From Reclinomonas americana ATCC 50394 (Eukaryota), in the NCBI GenBank assembly GCA_048213135.1, contig PS015010.1, positions 186,001-250,000 of the forward strand: a stretch of 64,000 nucleotides of DNA, in the 5' to 3' direction. Numbering within the stretch: position 1 is the stretch's first letter; the number at the start of each line of letters is the position of its first letter. The notes beneath the pieces are model-generated. The model was not told where the DNA came from and ran no database searches. It saw only the letters and a program-made list of their open reading frames with translations. Shown here in pieces: positions 50,857-61,269 of the stretch. Made by a program: the position numbers and the translations under genes.

Positions 50857-51036
50857 TTTGAAAATTTGAAGATGTGATGATTTGAAAATGTGATCAACAA
50901 GGTTTATTATTTATTGATAGCCACCTCAATTAAAATCGGGGTGGCTATCTTTTTATATCTATGGCCATTGTGAATAAACGAGGATCAATGGGTTTAAAAA
51001 ATTGGCATATCGTCACATCTTCAAATTTTCAAATTA
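50854..51036. repeat. Octamer arrays forming a perfect 24-bp inverted repeat around the whole intergenic spacer
   Basis: taatttgaaaatttgaagatgtga (50854-50877) is the reverse complement of tcacatcttcaaattttcaaatta (51013-51036). Confidence 0.88.
50916..50954 (+). terminator. Rho-independent terminator
   Basis: gatagccacc...ggtggctatc followed by ttttt. Confidence 0.75.
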
Positions 51037-51864
51037 TTAATATCTCGGGCATCCCACACCCTTACTGCCTCTTTTCCCGCCAATGCGGTAACTGATCTTG
51101 AGCCCGGTGAAATTATACCAGTCCTTGTACTTGGAATTGCCCCGCTGGGTGCCTGCCGCCGGGTAGGATGGGGCGCCGGTCAGTTCATCTCCACGGTAGG
51201 CCAGCCCGGCGGCGAGGGGGCCGTTCCCGGCAGCCAGCAGGGAGGAATCGGCATAGCTGCCGCTGACATCATCCAGGTGATCGGTGAACAGTTTGCGTAC
51301 GCCGATCTCGAATCCCACCTGTATATTTTCTGTTAGGGCGAATTTGAGCCCCACCCCAAACGGGATATTGAACTGGGTGGTTTTGTATCTGGAGGGGTAG
51401 CCCGCCAGTCCCTGGCCTTCGGTGCCCAGCCGTTGCAGGTATACCTTATTACCGGCCGCGTCGCGGGTGAAGGGGTCGAAATGGTAAAGTCCAACCCCGG
51501 CAAATACATATGGGCTCAGGCTTCGTTCCGTGAGGTCGAATATATTATAATCGGCACCCAGGTGAAATTCCCATATGTCTGATTTAAAGTTGAGGTTCCG
51601 GAACTCGATGCCTTTAGCCGAGCCGTTGTTCTGGTCGTTGCCCGACACCCTTCCGTAGGTAAAACCCGAGCGGAGGATGAAATGATTGGTGAGATCGTAG
51701 GAGGCCCCGATGCCTACAGCCGGGTGCGACTCTTTGAAACTGAGGCGTTTACCCTGCAGATCGCCCTGGTAAGTGGCCACCCCGCCGAAAAGCGAGGCCT
51801 GGAATCTCTGGGAAAAGCAAAGGATTGGCAGTACTGCCAGCGTGAGGAGAAGGCTGTATTTCAT
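51037..51864 (-). CDS. DUF6089 family outer membrane beta-barrel protein
   Basis: Signal peptide; GVATYQGDL, RNLNFKS, LQRLGTEGQG, FTDHLDDVS, RGNSKYKDWY. Confidence 0.82.
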   Translation of the reverse strand: MKYSLLLTLAVLPILCFSQRFQASLFGGVATYQGDLQGKRLSFKESHPAVGIGASYDLTNHFILRSGFTYGRVSGNDQNNGSAKGIEFRNLNFKSDIWEFHLGADYNIFDLTERSLSPYVFAGVGLYHFDPFTRDAAGNKVYLQRLGTEGQGLAGYPSRYKTTQFNIPFGVGLKFALTENIQVGFEIGVRKLFTDHLDDVSGSYADSSLLAAGNGPLAAGLAYRGDELTGAPSYPAAGTQRGNSKYKDWYNFTGLKISYRIGGKRGSKGVGCPRY

Positions 51865-52086
51865 GCGGTAAATGTTTTAGGTAGAAGTGAAGCATGAACG
51901 TTTTAGCAATAATCATTCCTTTTTAAGACAGAAATATGAAACGGGAAAATACCCTGATAAGGGGACCGGGCCTCAGCGAACAATCGATAATCCATATCCT
52001 TTACCTATGTTGTATCCGATATCCTAACGTCCTTCTTTCCAGTGTATTATGATAAAATGAGGCTCTAACAATAGTTTAACAGCTCT

Positions 52087-52155
52087 ATCCCGTATCTTTA
52101 ACAGCCCTTGTCAATCACCGGGGGCTCGTTTAGGCGAAGCCCCCGCCGGAACGGC
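52087..52155. repeat. Diverged third copy of the REP-like hairpin A unit
   Basis: atcccgtatctttaacagcccttgtcaatcaccgggggctcgtttaggcgaagcccccgccggaacggc aligns without gaps to 20081-20149. Confidence 0.8.
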
Positions 52156-52226
52156 GGCAACCGGTATTTTGTATCCTGGTATCCTGCATCTCACACCCTT
52201 CATCTCAAAAAAACTTTCCCTAATCT

Positions 52227-52257
52227 TTTGCTGTTTAGAAACTAACCTATACCTTTG
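52227..52257 (+). promoter_or_regulatory. Primary-sigma promoter of the S10 operon
   Basis: TTTG (52227-52230), 19-nt spacer, TACCTTTG (52250-52257). Confidence 0.85.
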
Positions 52258-52297
52258 CACTCCAAATTAAAAAAAGGTAATTTAAAGTTCTTTTCAT

Positions 52298-52603
52298 ATG
52301 TCACAGAGAATCAGAATCAAATTACAGTCTTACGACCACAACCTGGTTGATAAATCTGCAGAGAAAATCGTTAAGACTGTACGCAGCACCGGCGCGGTGG
52401 TAACAGGACCTATTCCTTTACCTACTCAGAAGAAAATTTTTACCGTACTGCGTTCCCCTCACGTTAACAAGAAAGCCCGTGAGCAGTTTCAACTCTGTAC
52501 GCATAAGCGTTTATTAGACATTTACACCAGCAGCAGCCGTACGGTTGACGCGCTAAGCAAATTAGACCTGCCAAGTGGTGTGGATGTTGAGATAAAAGCC
52601 TGA
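52298..52603 (+). CDS. rpsJ: 30S ribosomal protein S10
   Basis: [31 protein letters not shown]. Confidence 0.99.
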   Translation: MSQRIRIKLQSYDHNLVDKSAEKIVKTVRSTGAVVTGPIPLPTQKKIFTVLRSPHVNKKAREQFQLCTHKRLLDIYTSSSRTVDALSKLDLPSGVDVEIKA

Positions 52604-52713
52604 TGAACTTCCCTGGTATCATTTCCCGGGGAAAGCAGAAGGTAAGTTCTTAAAGAAAAAAAGTATGAACATCCATCTCCCTCAAACGGAGCGCTGGATA
52701 TAAACAAGATACA

Positions 52714-53331
52714 ATGAAAAGTATTATTGGAAAAAAAATCGGCATGACCAGTATCTTTGATAACAGTGGCAAGCAAACGGCTGTCACTATTATTGAGGCA
52801 GGTCCATGCGTGGTTACACAAAAGAAAACCGTTGAAACTGACGGTTACAATGCCCTCCAGATAGCTTTCGGCGACAAAAAAGAGAAACACTCCCTCAAGT
52901 CTGAAGTCAATCACTTCGCCAAAGCTCAAACCTCTCCCAAAAAAGTAGTCAAAGAAATCCGCGATAGCGAACTGAGTCACAACGTAGGCGAAAGCATTAC
53001 GGTTGACATCTTTGCCGAAGGCGACAAAATCGAAGTTGTCGGTACTTCAAAAGGTAAAGGTTTCCAGGGCGTGGTTAAGCGTCACGGATTCAGTGGTGTG
53101 GGTGAGCAGTCTCACGGTCAGCACGATCGTCAGAGGGCCCCGGGTTCTATCGGTAACTCATCTGATGCCAGCCGTGTATTCAAAGGTATGCGCATGGCGG
53201 GTCGTATGGGCCAGGACAGGGTTACAATGAAAGGATTGAAAGTAGTAAAGATCTTCCCTGAAAAGAACTATATCCTGGTGAGCGGTTCTGTTCCGGGTCA
53301 CAACGGTTCTATTGTTTTAATTCAAAAATAA
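52714..53331 (+). CDS. rplC: 50S ribosomal protein L3
   Basis: GKKIGMT, SKGKGFQGVVKRHGF, RAPGSIG. Confidence 0.99.
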   Translation: MKSIIGKKIGMTSIFDNSGKQTAVTIIEAGPCVVTQKKTVETDGYNALQIAFGDKKEKHSLKSEVNHFAKAQTSPKKVVKEIRDSELSHNVGESITVDIFAEGDKIEVVGTSKGKGFQGVVKRHGFSGVGEQSHGQHDRQRAPGSIGNSSDASRVFKGMRMAGRMGQDRVTMKGLKVVKIFPEKNYILVSGSVPGHNGSIVLIQK

Positions 53332-53366
53332 GCAACAGGGCCGATGGCTCTTAAAAAATAAGTACA

Positions 53367-53999
53367 ATGCAAGTAGACGTTTTAAATATAGAAGGAAAGA
53401 AGACCGGCAGAACGGTTGAATTACCGAATGAAATATTTGGTATTGAGCCTAACGATCACGTGATCTACCTGGCTGTTAAACAATATCTGGGTGCACAGCG
53501 CCAGGGTACGCACAAGGTGAAAACACGTATGGAAGTGCACGGTTCTTCCAAAAAGCTGCACAAGCAAAAAGGTACCGGCGGCGCCCGTAAAGGTAACCTC
53601 CGTAACCCCCTCTATAAAGGTGGTGGTACCATCTTCGGCCCAAAACCTCACAAATACGATATCAAACTGAACCGTAAAGTGAAGGACCTGGCTAAGATGA
53701 GCGCCCTGGCCTACAAAGCCAAAGACAACGCCATCGTAATTCTGGAAGACGTGAAAATGGACACCCCGAAGACCAAAACCTTCACCGGTATCCTGAGCAG
53801 CCTGAACATCGCCGGTAAAAAAGCCCTGGTAGTGTTGCCGGAATATAACGACAACCTGTACCTGAGCCTGCGTAACGTACCTTCTGTAAGCGGTACTTTA
53901 CTGAGCGACCTGAACACTTACGACATCATGAACGCCAACGTGCTGGTAATGACTGAAAGTGCAGCGAAAATTTTCACCGCTGAAGAAGCCGAAGCATAA
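53367..53999 (+). CDS. rplD: 50S ribosomal protein L4
   Basis: RQGTHKVKTR, QKGTGGARKG, GGGTIFGP. Confidence 0.99.
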   Translation: MQVDVLNIEGKKTGRTVELPNEIFGIEPNDHVIYLAVKQYLGAQRQGTHKVKTRMEVHGSSKKLHKQKGTGGARKGNLRNPLYKGGGTIFGPKPHKYDIKLNRKVKDLAKMSALAYKAKDNAIVILEDVKMDTPKTKTFTGILSSLNIAGKKALVVLPEYNDNLYLSLRNVPSVSGTLLSDLNTYDIMNANVLVMTESAAKIFTAEEAEA

Positions 54000-54025
54000 T
54001 TAACTAACAAACAAATCAAGAGACA

Positions 54026-54328
54026 ATGAAACTGTCTGACGTTTTAATAAAGCCGATCTTATCTGAAAAAGCCAACAAGCAGTCCGAAAAGATGAACCGT
54101 TACGCTTTTGTAGTAGATAAGAAAGCCAACAAGCTGGAGATCAAAAAAGCGGTAGAATCTTTCTATGGCGTACAGGTGAGCAATGTGAACACGATCGTTG
54201 TTCCTTCCAAGGCGAAAGCCAAGTACACCAAAGCCGGTTTTATCGTGGGTCGCAAGCCTTCCAAAAAGAAAGCCATCGTAACTGTGGCTGAAGGCGAAAC
54301 CATCGACCTGTACAGCAGCGGCATCTAA
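54026..54328 (+). CDS. rplW: 50S ribosomal protein L23
   Basis: KPILSEK, ANKLEIKKAVE, KKAIVT. Confidence 0.98.
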   Translation: MKLSDVLIKPILSEKANKQSEKMNRYAFVVDKKANKLEIKKAVESFYGVQVSNVNTIVVPSKAKAKYTKAGFIVGRKPSKKKAIVTVAEGETIDLYSSGI

Positions 54329-54389
54329 TAATACTAATGAATGGTGGTCAGCACCGCAAAGTTTTGACAAATTAAAAAGTAACTGAACA

Positions 54390-55229
54390 ATGGCACTTAG
54401 AAAATACAAACCAACAACAGCAGGTACCAGGTGGAGGATCGGGAACGCTTACGAAGAGATCACGACCAACATCCCGGAAAAATCACTGCTGGAAAAGCAA
54501 AAGAATACAGCCGGCCGTAATGCCCAGGGCAGAAGGTCTATGCGTTATATGGGTGGCGGTAACAAAACCATGTACCGTATCATCGATTTCAAAAGGAGCA
54601 AGAAAGATATTCCTGCTACCGTAAAGAGTATCGAGTATGATCCGAACCGTACAGCCTTCATCGCGTTGCTGTCTTATGCTGATGGTGAAAAACGTTACAT
54701 CATTGCTCCACAGGGACTGCAGGTTGGACAAACCGTTATCAGCGGTGACAGCGTGGCGCCTGAACTGGGTAATGCCCTGATGTTTAAGAACATGCCATTG
54801 GGTACCAACGTTCACAACATTGAAATGCAACCTGGTCAGGGTGGTATCCTGGTACGCAGTGCCGGTACTTCTGCCCAGCTGAGCAATAAGGAAGAAAAAT
54901 ACGCTATCCTGAAAATGCCAAGCGGCGAACTGAGGAAAGTGTTGATCAACTGCTACGCTACCGTAGGCGTGGTGAGCAACAGCGATCACAGCCTGGAAAG
55001 CATGGGTAAAGCCGGCCGTAACAGGTGGAAAGGTATCAGGCCAAGGACAAGGGCCGTAGCCATGAACCCGGTAGATCACCCGATGGGTGGTGGTGAAGGC
55101 AGGGCTTCAGGTGGTCACCCGCGCAGCCGTAAAGGTAAATACGCTAAAGGTGAGATCACCCGTACAAGGGGCAAGGGATCAGACAAAATGATCATCCAGC
55201 GCCGCAACGGTAAAAAATTAAGCAAGTAA
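54390..55229 (+). CDS. rplB: 50S ribosomal protein L2
   Basis: [26 protein letters not shown]. Confidence 0.99.
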   Translation: MALRKYKPTTAGTRWRIGNAYEEITTNIPEKSLLEKQKNTAGRNAQGRRSMRYMGGGNKTMYRIIDFKRSKKDIPATVKSIEYDPNRTAFIALLSYADGEKRYIIAPQGLQVGQTVISGDSVAPELGNALMFKNMPLGTNVHNIEMQPGQGGILVRSAGTSAQLSNKEEKYAILKMPSGELRKVLINCYATVGVVSNSDHSLESMGKAGRNRWKGIRPRTRAVAMNPVDHPMGGGEGRASGGHPRSRKGKYAKGEITRTRGKGSDKMIIQRRNGKKLSK

Positions 55230-55289
55230 TCAATCATTGTTAAAATACCCTGAGCCTTGGCGAAGGGAAATCAACAAAAAAAATAAAAC

Positions 55290-55559
55290 ATGGCTCGTTC
55301 ATTAAGTAAAGGTCCTTACGTAGAAGCAAAGCTTGACGCGAAAGTGCAGGCGATCATCGAAGGAAAAAATAAAAAATCGGTGATCAAAACCTGGAGTCGC
55401 AGGAGCACGATAACGCCGGATTTCGTAGGACAGACTTTCGCTGTTCACAACGGGAATAAATTCATCCCTGTGTACGTTACCGAATTCATGGTAGGTCACA
55501 AACTGGGTGAATTCGCTCCTACAAGGAACTTCAGGGGTCACTCCAGCAAGAAGGTTTAA
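55290..55559 (+). CDS. rpsS: 30S ribosomal protein S19
   Basis: [25 protein letters not shown]. Confidence 0.99.
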   Translation: MARSLSKGPYVEAKLDAKVQAIIEGKNKKSVIKTWSRRSTITPDFVGQTFAVHNGNKFIPVYVTEFMVGHKLGEFAPTRNFRGHSSKKV

Positions 55560-55623
55560 TTAATATTTAGTATTGGAAGAAACACCAACTATTAAATATT
55601 CAATCTAAAATATTAAATACAAA

Positions 55624-55968
55624 ATGGAAGCAGTAGCAAAATTGAATAACTATCCCACTTCACCACGCAAAATGCGTTTGCTGGTGGACCTGATCCGTGG
55701 AATGGAAGTTGAAAAAGCCTTAGCGGTTTTAGAACACAATCCAAAGCATCCGGCTGTTCCGCTGCGCAAACTGGTAGTTTCCGCTATCAGCAACTGGAAG
55801 CAGAAGAACGAAGGTGGTGATGAAAGCACGCTGATCGTAAAAACGATCATGGTTGACGGCGCCAGGGTAATCAAACGTATGCGTCCTGCACCACAGGGCC
55901 GTGGTTACAGGGTACGCAAACGCAGCAACCATGTTACTGTGATCGTGGACAGCAAATCAACTAATTAA
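55624..55968 (+). CDS. rplV: 50S ribosomal protein L22
   Basis: [31 protein letters not shown]. Confidence 0.98.
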   Translation: MEAVAKLNNYPTSPRKMRLLVDLIRGMEVEKALAVLEHNPKHPAVPLRKLVVSAISNWKQKNEGGDESTLIVKTIMVDGARVIKRMRPAPQGRGYRVRKRSNHVTVIVDSKSTN

Positions 55969-55992
55969 TCATAACTAGAATTTACCAATAAT

Positions 55993-56784
55993 ATGGGTCA
56001 GAAAACAAATCCGATAGGTGCCAGGTTAGGAATCATCCGTGGATGGGACAGTAACTGGTATGCAAGCAAAACGGAGTATCCAAAGAAGTTGATCGAAGAT
56101 AACAAGATCAGGAATTACCTGAACGCTCGTATCAACAAAGGTGGTATCGCCAAAATCGTTATTGAGCGTACGCTGAATAAACTGATCGTTACTATTCATA
56201 CTTCAAAGCCAGGTATCATCATTGGTAAAGGTGGCGGAGAAGTAGACAGGATCAAAGAAGAGCTGAAGAAACTCTGTGGTAAAGATGATGTTCAGATCAA
56301 CATCCTCGAAATCCGCAGGCCGGAACTGGACGCCAACATCGTAGCCGATACCATCGCCCGCCAGCTGGAAAATCGTATCAACTACAAACGTGCCATCAAA
56401 ATGGCGATAGCTTCTGCTCTCCGTATGGGTGCTGAAGGTATCAAAGTGAAAGTAGGCGGTCGTTTGGGTGGTGCTGAGATCGCCCGCAGCGAGGAGATCA
56501 AGCAAGGCCGTACTCCACTGCATACCCTGCGTATGGACATCGACTATGCTAACGTATTTGCACTGACCGTTTATGGTAAGATCGGTATCAAAGTATGGAT
56601 CTGTAAAGGTGAAGTACTGGGTAAACGCGACCTGAACCCTAACGTAGTTGCAGGTGGTGGTAAAGAAGGTGGTGAAAGGCAAGGTGGTTTTGAACGCAGG
56701 GATGACCGCGGTGGCGACAGGAGAGGTGGTGGTGACAGGCGCGGCGGCGGTGGAAACCGTGGCGGTGGCGGACGCAGGAACTAA
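55993..56784 (+). CDS. rpsC: 30S ribosomal protein S3
   Basis: [32 protein letters not shown]-rich tail. Confidence 0.99.
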   Translation: MGQKTNPIGARLGIIRGWDSNWYASKTEYPKKLIEDNKIRNYLNARINKGGIAKIVIERTLNKLIVTIHTSKPGIIIGKGGGEVDRIKEELKKLCGKDDVQINILEIRRPELDANIVADTIARQLENRINYKRAIKMAIASALRMGAEGIKVKVGGRLGGAEIARSEEIKQGRTPLHTLRMDIDYANVFALTVYGKIGIKVWICKGEVLGKRDLNPNVVAGGGKEGGERQGGFERRDDRGGDRRGGGDRRGGGGNRGGGGRRN

Positions 56785-56832
56785 TCTTCCGCAGAGCAAA
56801 TTTTAAATTGAAGAATTTTCAAATAAAGTAAG

Positions 56833-57252
56833 ATGTTACAACCAAAAAGAACAAAACACAGGAAAACGCAAAAAGGCAGGATGAAAGGTAATACCAAACG
56901 TGGTGCTACCCTGTCTTTTGGAACATTCGGTTTGAAAGCGCTGGATAGTGTTTGGTTAACCAATCGTCAGATCGAAAGTGCCCGTCAGGCAATGACTCGT
57001 CATATGAAGCGTGAAGGTAACGTGTGGATCAGGATATTCCCTGATAAACCGATCACCGCTAAGCCTGCCGAGGTAAGGATGGGTAAAGGTAAAGGTAACC
57101 CCGAAGGATGGGCGGCTATCGTTCAGCCCGGAAGGATTCTGTTTGAAGCGGATGGCGTTCCTGAACAGGTAGCTAAAGAGGCATTTGCCCTGGCTGCCCA
57201 GAAACTGCCGATCCTGACCAAATTCGTGGTTCGTCACGATTTCGAAGCATAA
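56833..57252 (+). CDS. rplP: 50S ribosomal protein L16
   Basis: [27 protein letters not shown]. Confidence 0.99.
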   Translation: MLQPKRTKHRKTQKGRMKGNTKRGATLSFGTFGLKALDSVWLTNRQIESARQAMTRHMKREGNVWIRIFPDKPITAKPAEVRMGKGKGNPEGWAAIVQPGRILFEADGVPEQVAKEAFALAAQKLPILTKFVVRHDFEA

Positions 57253-57256
57253 AATA

Positions 57257-57338
57257 AATTTGAAAATTTGAAGATGTGCCGATTTGAAAATTAAAAAAGC
57301 ACCATCGTCAAATCATCAAATTGTCAAATCATCAAATT
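57257..57338. repeat. Inverted pair of octamer arrays between rplP and rpmC
   Basis: tttgaaaa tttgaaga tgtgccga tttgaaaa ... gtcaaatc atcaaatt gtcaaatc atcaaatt. Confidence 0.8.
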
Positions 57339-57346
57339 GAATAAAA

Positions 57347-57556
57347 ATGTCTAAGAAAGTAGATTTTCAAAAAAGCCTTGACGGACTGAATGAGTCTGAT
57401 CTGAAAGCGAAGATCCAGGAAGATGAACTGCGTATGAAGAAACTTTCATTTGCACACGCGATCTCTCCGCTGGAGAATCCGCAAAGCATCCGCTCTCTGA
57501 GAAGGGATATTGCACGCTTGAAAACTGCATTAAGGAAGAAGCAACTGGGTTTCTAA
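57347..57556 (+). CDS. rpmC: 50S ribosomal protein L29
   Basis: LENPQSIRSLRRDIARLKT; operon position. Confidence 0.97.
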   Translation: MSKKVDFQKSLDGLNESDLKAKIQEDELRMKKLSFAHAISPLENPQSIRSLRRDIARLKTALRKKQLGF

Positions 57557-57605
57557 GCAAACCGGTAACGTTTGAATAAATAGCGCGAGCTAAAAACAAA
57601 TAACA

Positions 57606-57863
57606 ATGGCTGAAAGAAATTTAAGAAAAACAAAATTGGGTGTGGTGTCCAGCAACAAAATGGACAAAACCATCACTGTAAATGTTGAACGTAAAGTGAA
57701 GCACCCGCTGTATGGTAAATTCGTAAAGAAATCTACCAAGTTCCATGCACACGACGAAAAGAACGAGTGCAGCATCGGCGATACAGTAAAGATCATGGAA
57801 AGCCGCCCCTTAAGCAAAACAAAACGCTGGAGGCTGGTTGAAGTGGTTGAAAAAGTTAAGTAA
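57606..57863 (+). CDS. rpsQ: 30S ribosomal protein S17
   Basis: [27 protein letters not shown]. Confidence 0.99.
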   Translation: MAERNLRKTKLGVVSSNKMDKTITVNVERKVKHPLYGKFVKKSTKFHAHDEKNECSIGDTVKIMESRPLSKTKRWRLVEVVEKVK

Positions 57864-57970
57864 TCAATTGGTCATGCTGTATGCAGGTTGTTACAACAGC
57901 TGCAGCCTCTGATAAGTAATAAAGTTTTAATTGCTAAGAGCCACAGGCCGATAGCCAAAAGCTAAATAAA

Positions 57971-58339
57971 ATGATTCAGCAAGAGAGTAGATTAAATGTT
58001 GCGGACAACAGCGGAGCCAAGGAAGTATTGTGCATCCGTGTACTGGGAAACAGCGGCCAGGATTATGCCAAAATCGGCGATAAGATCGTTGTTACAGTAA
58101 AAGACGCCATGCCTGCCGGCGGTATCAAAAAAGGTACTGTGAGCAAAGCGGTGATCGTTCGCACAAAAAATAAACTGCGCCGTAAAGACGGATCTTATAT
58201 CCGTTTCGACGACAACGCCGTGGTATTACTGAACAACTCAGACGAACCCAGGGGTACCCGTATCTTCGGACCAGTTGCCCGTGAGCTGAGGGATAAAGGA
58301 TATATGAAGATCATTTCCCTGGCGCCTGAAGTGTTGTAA
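57971..58339 (+). CDS. rplN: 50S ribosomal protein L14
   Basis: [27 protein letters not shown]. Confidence 0.99.
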   Translation: MIQQESRLNVADNSGAKEVLCIRVLGNSGQDYAKIGDKIVVTVKDAMPAGGIKKGTVSKAVIVRTKNKLRRKDGSYIRFDDNAVVLLNNSDEPRGTRIFGPVARELRDKGYMKIISLAPEVL

Positions 58340-58340
58340 T

Positions 58341-58439
58341 TAAAAAATAAAAAGTAAAAAATAAAAAAGCCGTAAAGCAGAACAAAAAAGTTAAGACGAT
58401 CCTGTTTTAAATTTTGAATTTTGACTTTTGACTTTCAAA
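58341..58439. repeat. Inverted pair of heptamer arrays between rplN and rplX
   Basis: taaaaaa taaaaag taaaaaa taaaaaa ... ttttaaa ttttgaa ttttgac ttttgac tttcaaa. Confidence 0.75.
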
Positions 58440-58450
58440 GCTTAAATAAA

Positions 58451-58789
58451 ATGAGTACAAGATTCAAACCTAAGTTCAACATTAAAAAGGGTGATTCGGT
58501 AGTAGTTATTACCGGCGAGGATAAGGATTTGAAGAAACCACGTAAAGTGTTGGAAGTTCTTTTGGAAAAAGGCCGTGTACTGGTGGAAGGCGTTAATATC
58601 GTAACCAAACACACCAAACCGACCTCGCAGAATACCAAAGGTGGTATCGTGAAAGTGGAAGCGCCTATCGCCATCAGCAACGTAATGCTGTGGGACGTGA
58701 AAGCCGGTGCGCCAACCAAGGTAAAGCGTACAAGGGATAATGGTAAACTAGTTCGTGTAGCTAAAAAATCAGGGGAGGTAATCAAATAA
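58451..58789 (+). CDS. rplX: 50S ribosomal protein L24
   Basis: [34 protein letters not shown] 58451. Confidence 0.97.
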   Translation: MSTRFKPKFNIKKGDSVVVITGEDKDLKKPRKVLEVLLEKGRVLVEGVNIVTKHTKPTSQNTKGGIVKVEAPIAISNVMLWDVKAGAPTKVKRTRDNGKLVRVAKKSGEVIK

Positions 58790-59355
58790 TGAATACAACA
58801 ACAAATACTCCGAGGTTAGCAGACAAGTACAAACAAGAAGTTGTACCTGCTTTAATGAAAAAATTCAGTTATAAAACTGTAATGCAGGCGCCCAAACTCA
58901 CCAAGATTTGTCTGAATCGTGGTGTGAACGGAGCTGTTGCAGATAAAAAACTGATCGACATCGCAGTTGAGGAGCTGAGCAACATCACTGGTCAGAAAGC
59001 CGTAGCTACGACGTCGAAGAAAGATATCTCTAACTTCAAGCTGCGTAAAAACATGCCGATTGGCGCAAGGGTTACGCTGCGTGGTGTTAAGATGTACGAA
59101 TTCCTGGACAGGCTGGTATCTGTATCCCTGCCCCGCGTTCGTGACTTCAAAGGGATCAACGACAAATCTTTCGACGGTCGCGGTAACTATACACTGGGTG
59201 TAACCGAGCAGATCATTTTCCCTGAGATCGATATCGATAAAGTGAATAAGATCACCGGCCTGGATATCACTTTCGTGACTACCGCCAACACCAACGAGGA
59301 AGCATTCGAACTGCTGAAAGAGCTGGGGATGCCTTTTAAAAACATTAAAAAGTAG
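58789..59355 (+). CDS. rplE: 50S ribosomal protein L5
   Basis: [30 protein letters not shown]. Confidence 0.99.
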   Translation: MNTTTNTPRLADKYKQEVVPALMKKFSYKTVMQAPKLTKICLNRGVNGAVADKKLIDIAVEELSNITGQKAVATTSKKDISNFKLRKNMPIGARVTLRGVKMYEFLDRLVSVSLPRVRDFKGINDKSFDGRGNYTLGVTEQIIFPEIDIDKVNKITGLDITFVTTANTNEEAFELLKELGMPFKNIKK

Positions 59356-59435
59356 TACCTAGTACCTAGTACAGAGTAGTTAGCGTAAGCCGGCTGCAAG
59401 TACTAACTACTAATTACTTAATACTAAATACTAGA
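59353..59435. repeat. Inverted pair of heptamer arrays between rplE and rpsN
   Basis: tagtacc tagtacc tagtaca gagtagt ... tactaac tactaat tacttaa tactaaa tactaga. Confidence 0.82.
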
Positions 59436-59441
59436 AAACAA

Positions 59442-59711
59442 ATGGCAAAAAAATCAGTAGAAGCCAGGCAAAGAAAGCGTGAGGCTTTATCTGCTAAATA
59501 TGCAGAGAAAAGGGCAGCCCTGAAAGCAGCCGGTGATTATGCAGCTTTGGATCTTCTTCCTAAGAATGCGTCACCCGTACGTTTAAAGAACCGTTGCCAG
59601 TTAACCGGCCGTCCGCGTGGTTATATGAGGCATTTTGGTATCTCCAGGAATATGTTCCGCGACATGGCTTTGCAGGGCAAAATTCCAGGCGTAACCAAAG
59701 CGAGCTGGTAA
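59442..59711 (+). CDS. rpsN: 30S ribosomal protein S14 (89 aa, no zinc ribbon)
   Basis: [31 protein letters not shown]. Confidence 0.98.
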   Translation: MAKKSVEARQRKREALSAKYAEKRAALKAAGDYAALDLLPKNASPVRLKNRCQLTGRPRGYMRHFGISRNMFRDMALQGKIPGVTKASW

Positions 59712-59775
59712 TTGTATTGACTTGATATCATTGGATATCGCATTGTAAAAAATTTATAACATTAATTCAAACACA

Positions 59776-60174
59776 ATGGTAACTGATCCGATAGCAGATT
59801 ATTTAACACGTATCCGTAACGCACAGATGGCGAACCACAGGATTGTTGAAATTCCTGCAAGTAATCTCAAAAAACGCATCACCGAAATCCTGTACGATAA
59901 AGGTTATATCCTGAAGTACAAATTCGAAGATGATAACAAACAAGGTGTGATCAAGATCGCCCTTAAATATGACGCCGCCACCAAACTGCCGGTGATTCAG
60001 AGCCTGGAAAGGGTAAGCCGCCCGGGTCTGCGTACTTATGCCAAACCCGAAGAATTCAAACGTGTGAAGAATGGTTTGGGCGTTGCCATCATCTCTACTT
60101 CAAAAGGTGTAATGACCGATAAAGAAGCGAAAGCACAGAATGTAGGTGGTGAAGTACTTTGCAACATTTATTAA
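59776..60174 (+). CDS. rpsH: 30S ribosomal protein S8
   Basis: [31 protein letters not shown]. Confidence 0.99.
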   Translation: MVTDPIADYLTRIRNAQMANHRIVEIPASNLKKRITEILYDKGYILKYKFEDDNKQGVIKIALKYDAATKLPVIQSLERVSRPGLRTYAKPEEFKRVKNGLGVAIISTSKGVMTDKEAKAQNVGGEVLCNIY

Positions 60175-60264
60175 TAACTGATCTTACAACGGCGTCTGAT
60201 CATTAAGCCTCTTAGTCGTGGCTGAACACGGGGCCGGATTAACAATAAAAAACTAAAATCGACT

Positions 60265-60819
60265 ATGTCACGTATAGGAAAAAAACCGATCACTGTTCCA
60301 TCAGGTGTAACCATCACCGTTGGTTCAGATAACGTGGTTACTGTAAAAGGACCAAAAGGTGAACTGAAAGAATCAATTGACAGGGATATTAAAGTTGAAG
60401 TGAAAGACGGAGTGATCGACATCCTGCGTCCAACCGAACAAATCCGCCACCGCGCCATGCACGGTCTGTACCGTTCACTGGTAAGCAACATGGTAAAAGG
60501 TGTTACTGAAGGTTATACCAAACAACTGGAACTGGTAGGTGTGGGTTATAAAGCTTCCAACCAGGGCAATATCCTGGACCTGGCACTGGGTTATTCTCAC
60601 AACATTCTTTTCGAAATTCCGAAAGAACTGAAAGTGACCACATCACAGGAAAAAGGCCAGAACCCGATGATCACCCTCGAAAGCACAGATAAGCAACTGC
60701 TGGGCCAGGTTTGTGCCAAGATCAGGAGCTTACGTAAACCTGAACCATACAAAGGTAAAGGTGTGAAATTCGCAGGTGAAGTACTGAGGAGAAAAGCAGG
60801 TAAATCGGCAGGTAAATAA
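60265..60819 (+). CDS. rplF: 50S ribosomal protein L6
   Basis: MSRIGKKPI, VKGPKG, PEPYKGKG. Confidence 0.99.
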   Translation: MSRIGKKPITVPSGVTITVGSDNVVTVKGPKGELKESIDRDIKVEVKDGVIDILRPTEQIRHRAMHGLYRSLVSNMVKGVTEGYTKQLELVGVGYKASNQGNILDLALGYSHNILFEIPKELKVTTSQEKGQNPMITLESTDKQLLGQVCAKIRSLRKPEPYKGKGVKFAGEVLRRKAGKSAGK

Positions 60820-60864
60820 TTAATCTAAACATCTCCGGCAGTATCGGGGACAAAATATAAGATC

Positions 60865-61218
60865 ATGAATTCAAAAAGTAGCGCAAGACTGAAAATCAAA
60901 TACCGCATCCGCAAAAAGATCAGCGGTGTGGCATCCAAACCCAGGTTAAGCGTGTTCAGGAGCAATACCGACATCTACGCTCAGCTGATCGATGATGCTA
61001 ATGGTGTTACCCTGGCTTCCGCCTCTTCCAAACAAAAGGACATCGCTGCTCAAAAAGCGCCGAAAACCGAGAAGAGCAAACTGGTAGGCAACGCTATCGC
61101 GAAAAAAGCCGGCGAACTGGGTATTACAGCTGTAATATTCGATCGCGGCGGTTATATCTACCATGGCCGTGTTAAAGCCGTAGCCGAAGGCGCAAGGGAA
61201 GGTGGCCTGCAATTCTAA
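60865..61218 (+). CDS. rplR: 50S ribosomal protein L18
   Basis: [23 protein letters not shown]. Confidence 0.99.
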   Translation: MNSKSSARLKIKYRIRKKISGVASKPRLSVFRSNTDIYAQLIDDANGVTLASASSKQKDIAAQKAPKTEKSKLVGNAIAKKAGELGITAVIFDRGGYIYHGRVKAVAEGAREGGLQF

Positions 61219-61269
61219 GCCGGGCTTCAACAGAACAAACAGAAAAATTAAAAATCGTAAATCGAGATA

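Noticed and set aside
56640-56784. RGG-rich tail of S3 as a novelty
   Set aside because: Gly/Arg-rich S3 C-terminal extensions are common in Bacteroidota and other phyla.
59442-59711. Zinc-free S14 as a zinc-starvation paralog
   Set aside because: It is the copy inside the spc operon, and the 89-aa form is usual in this phylum.
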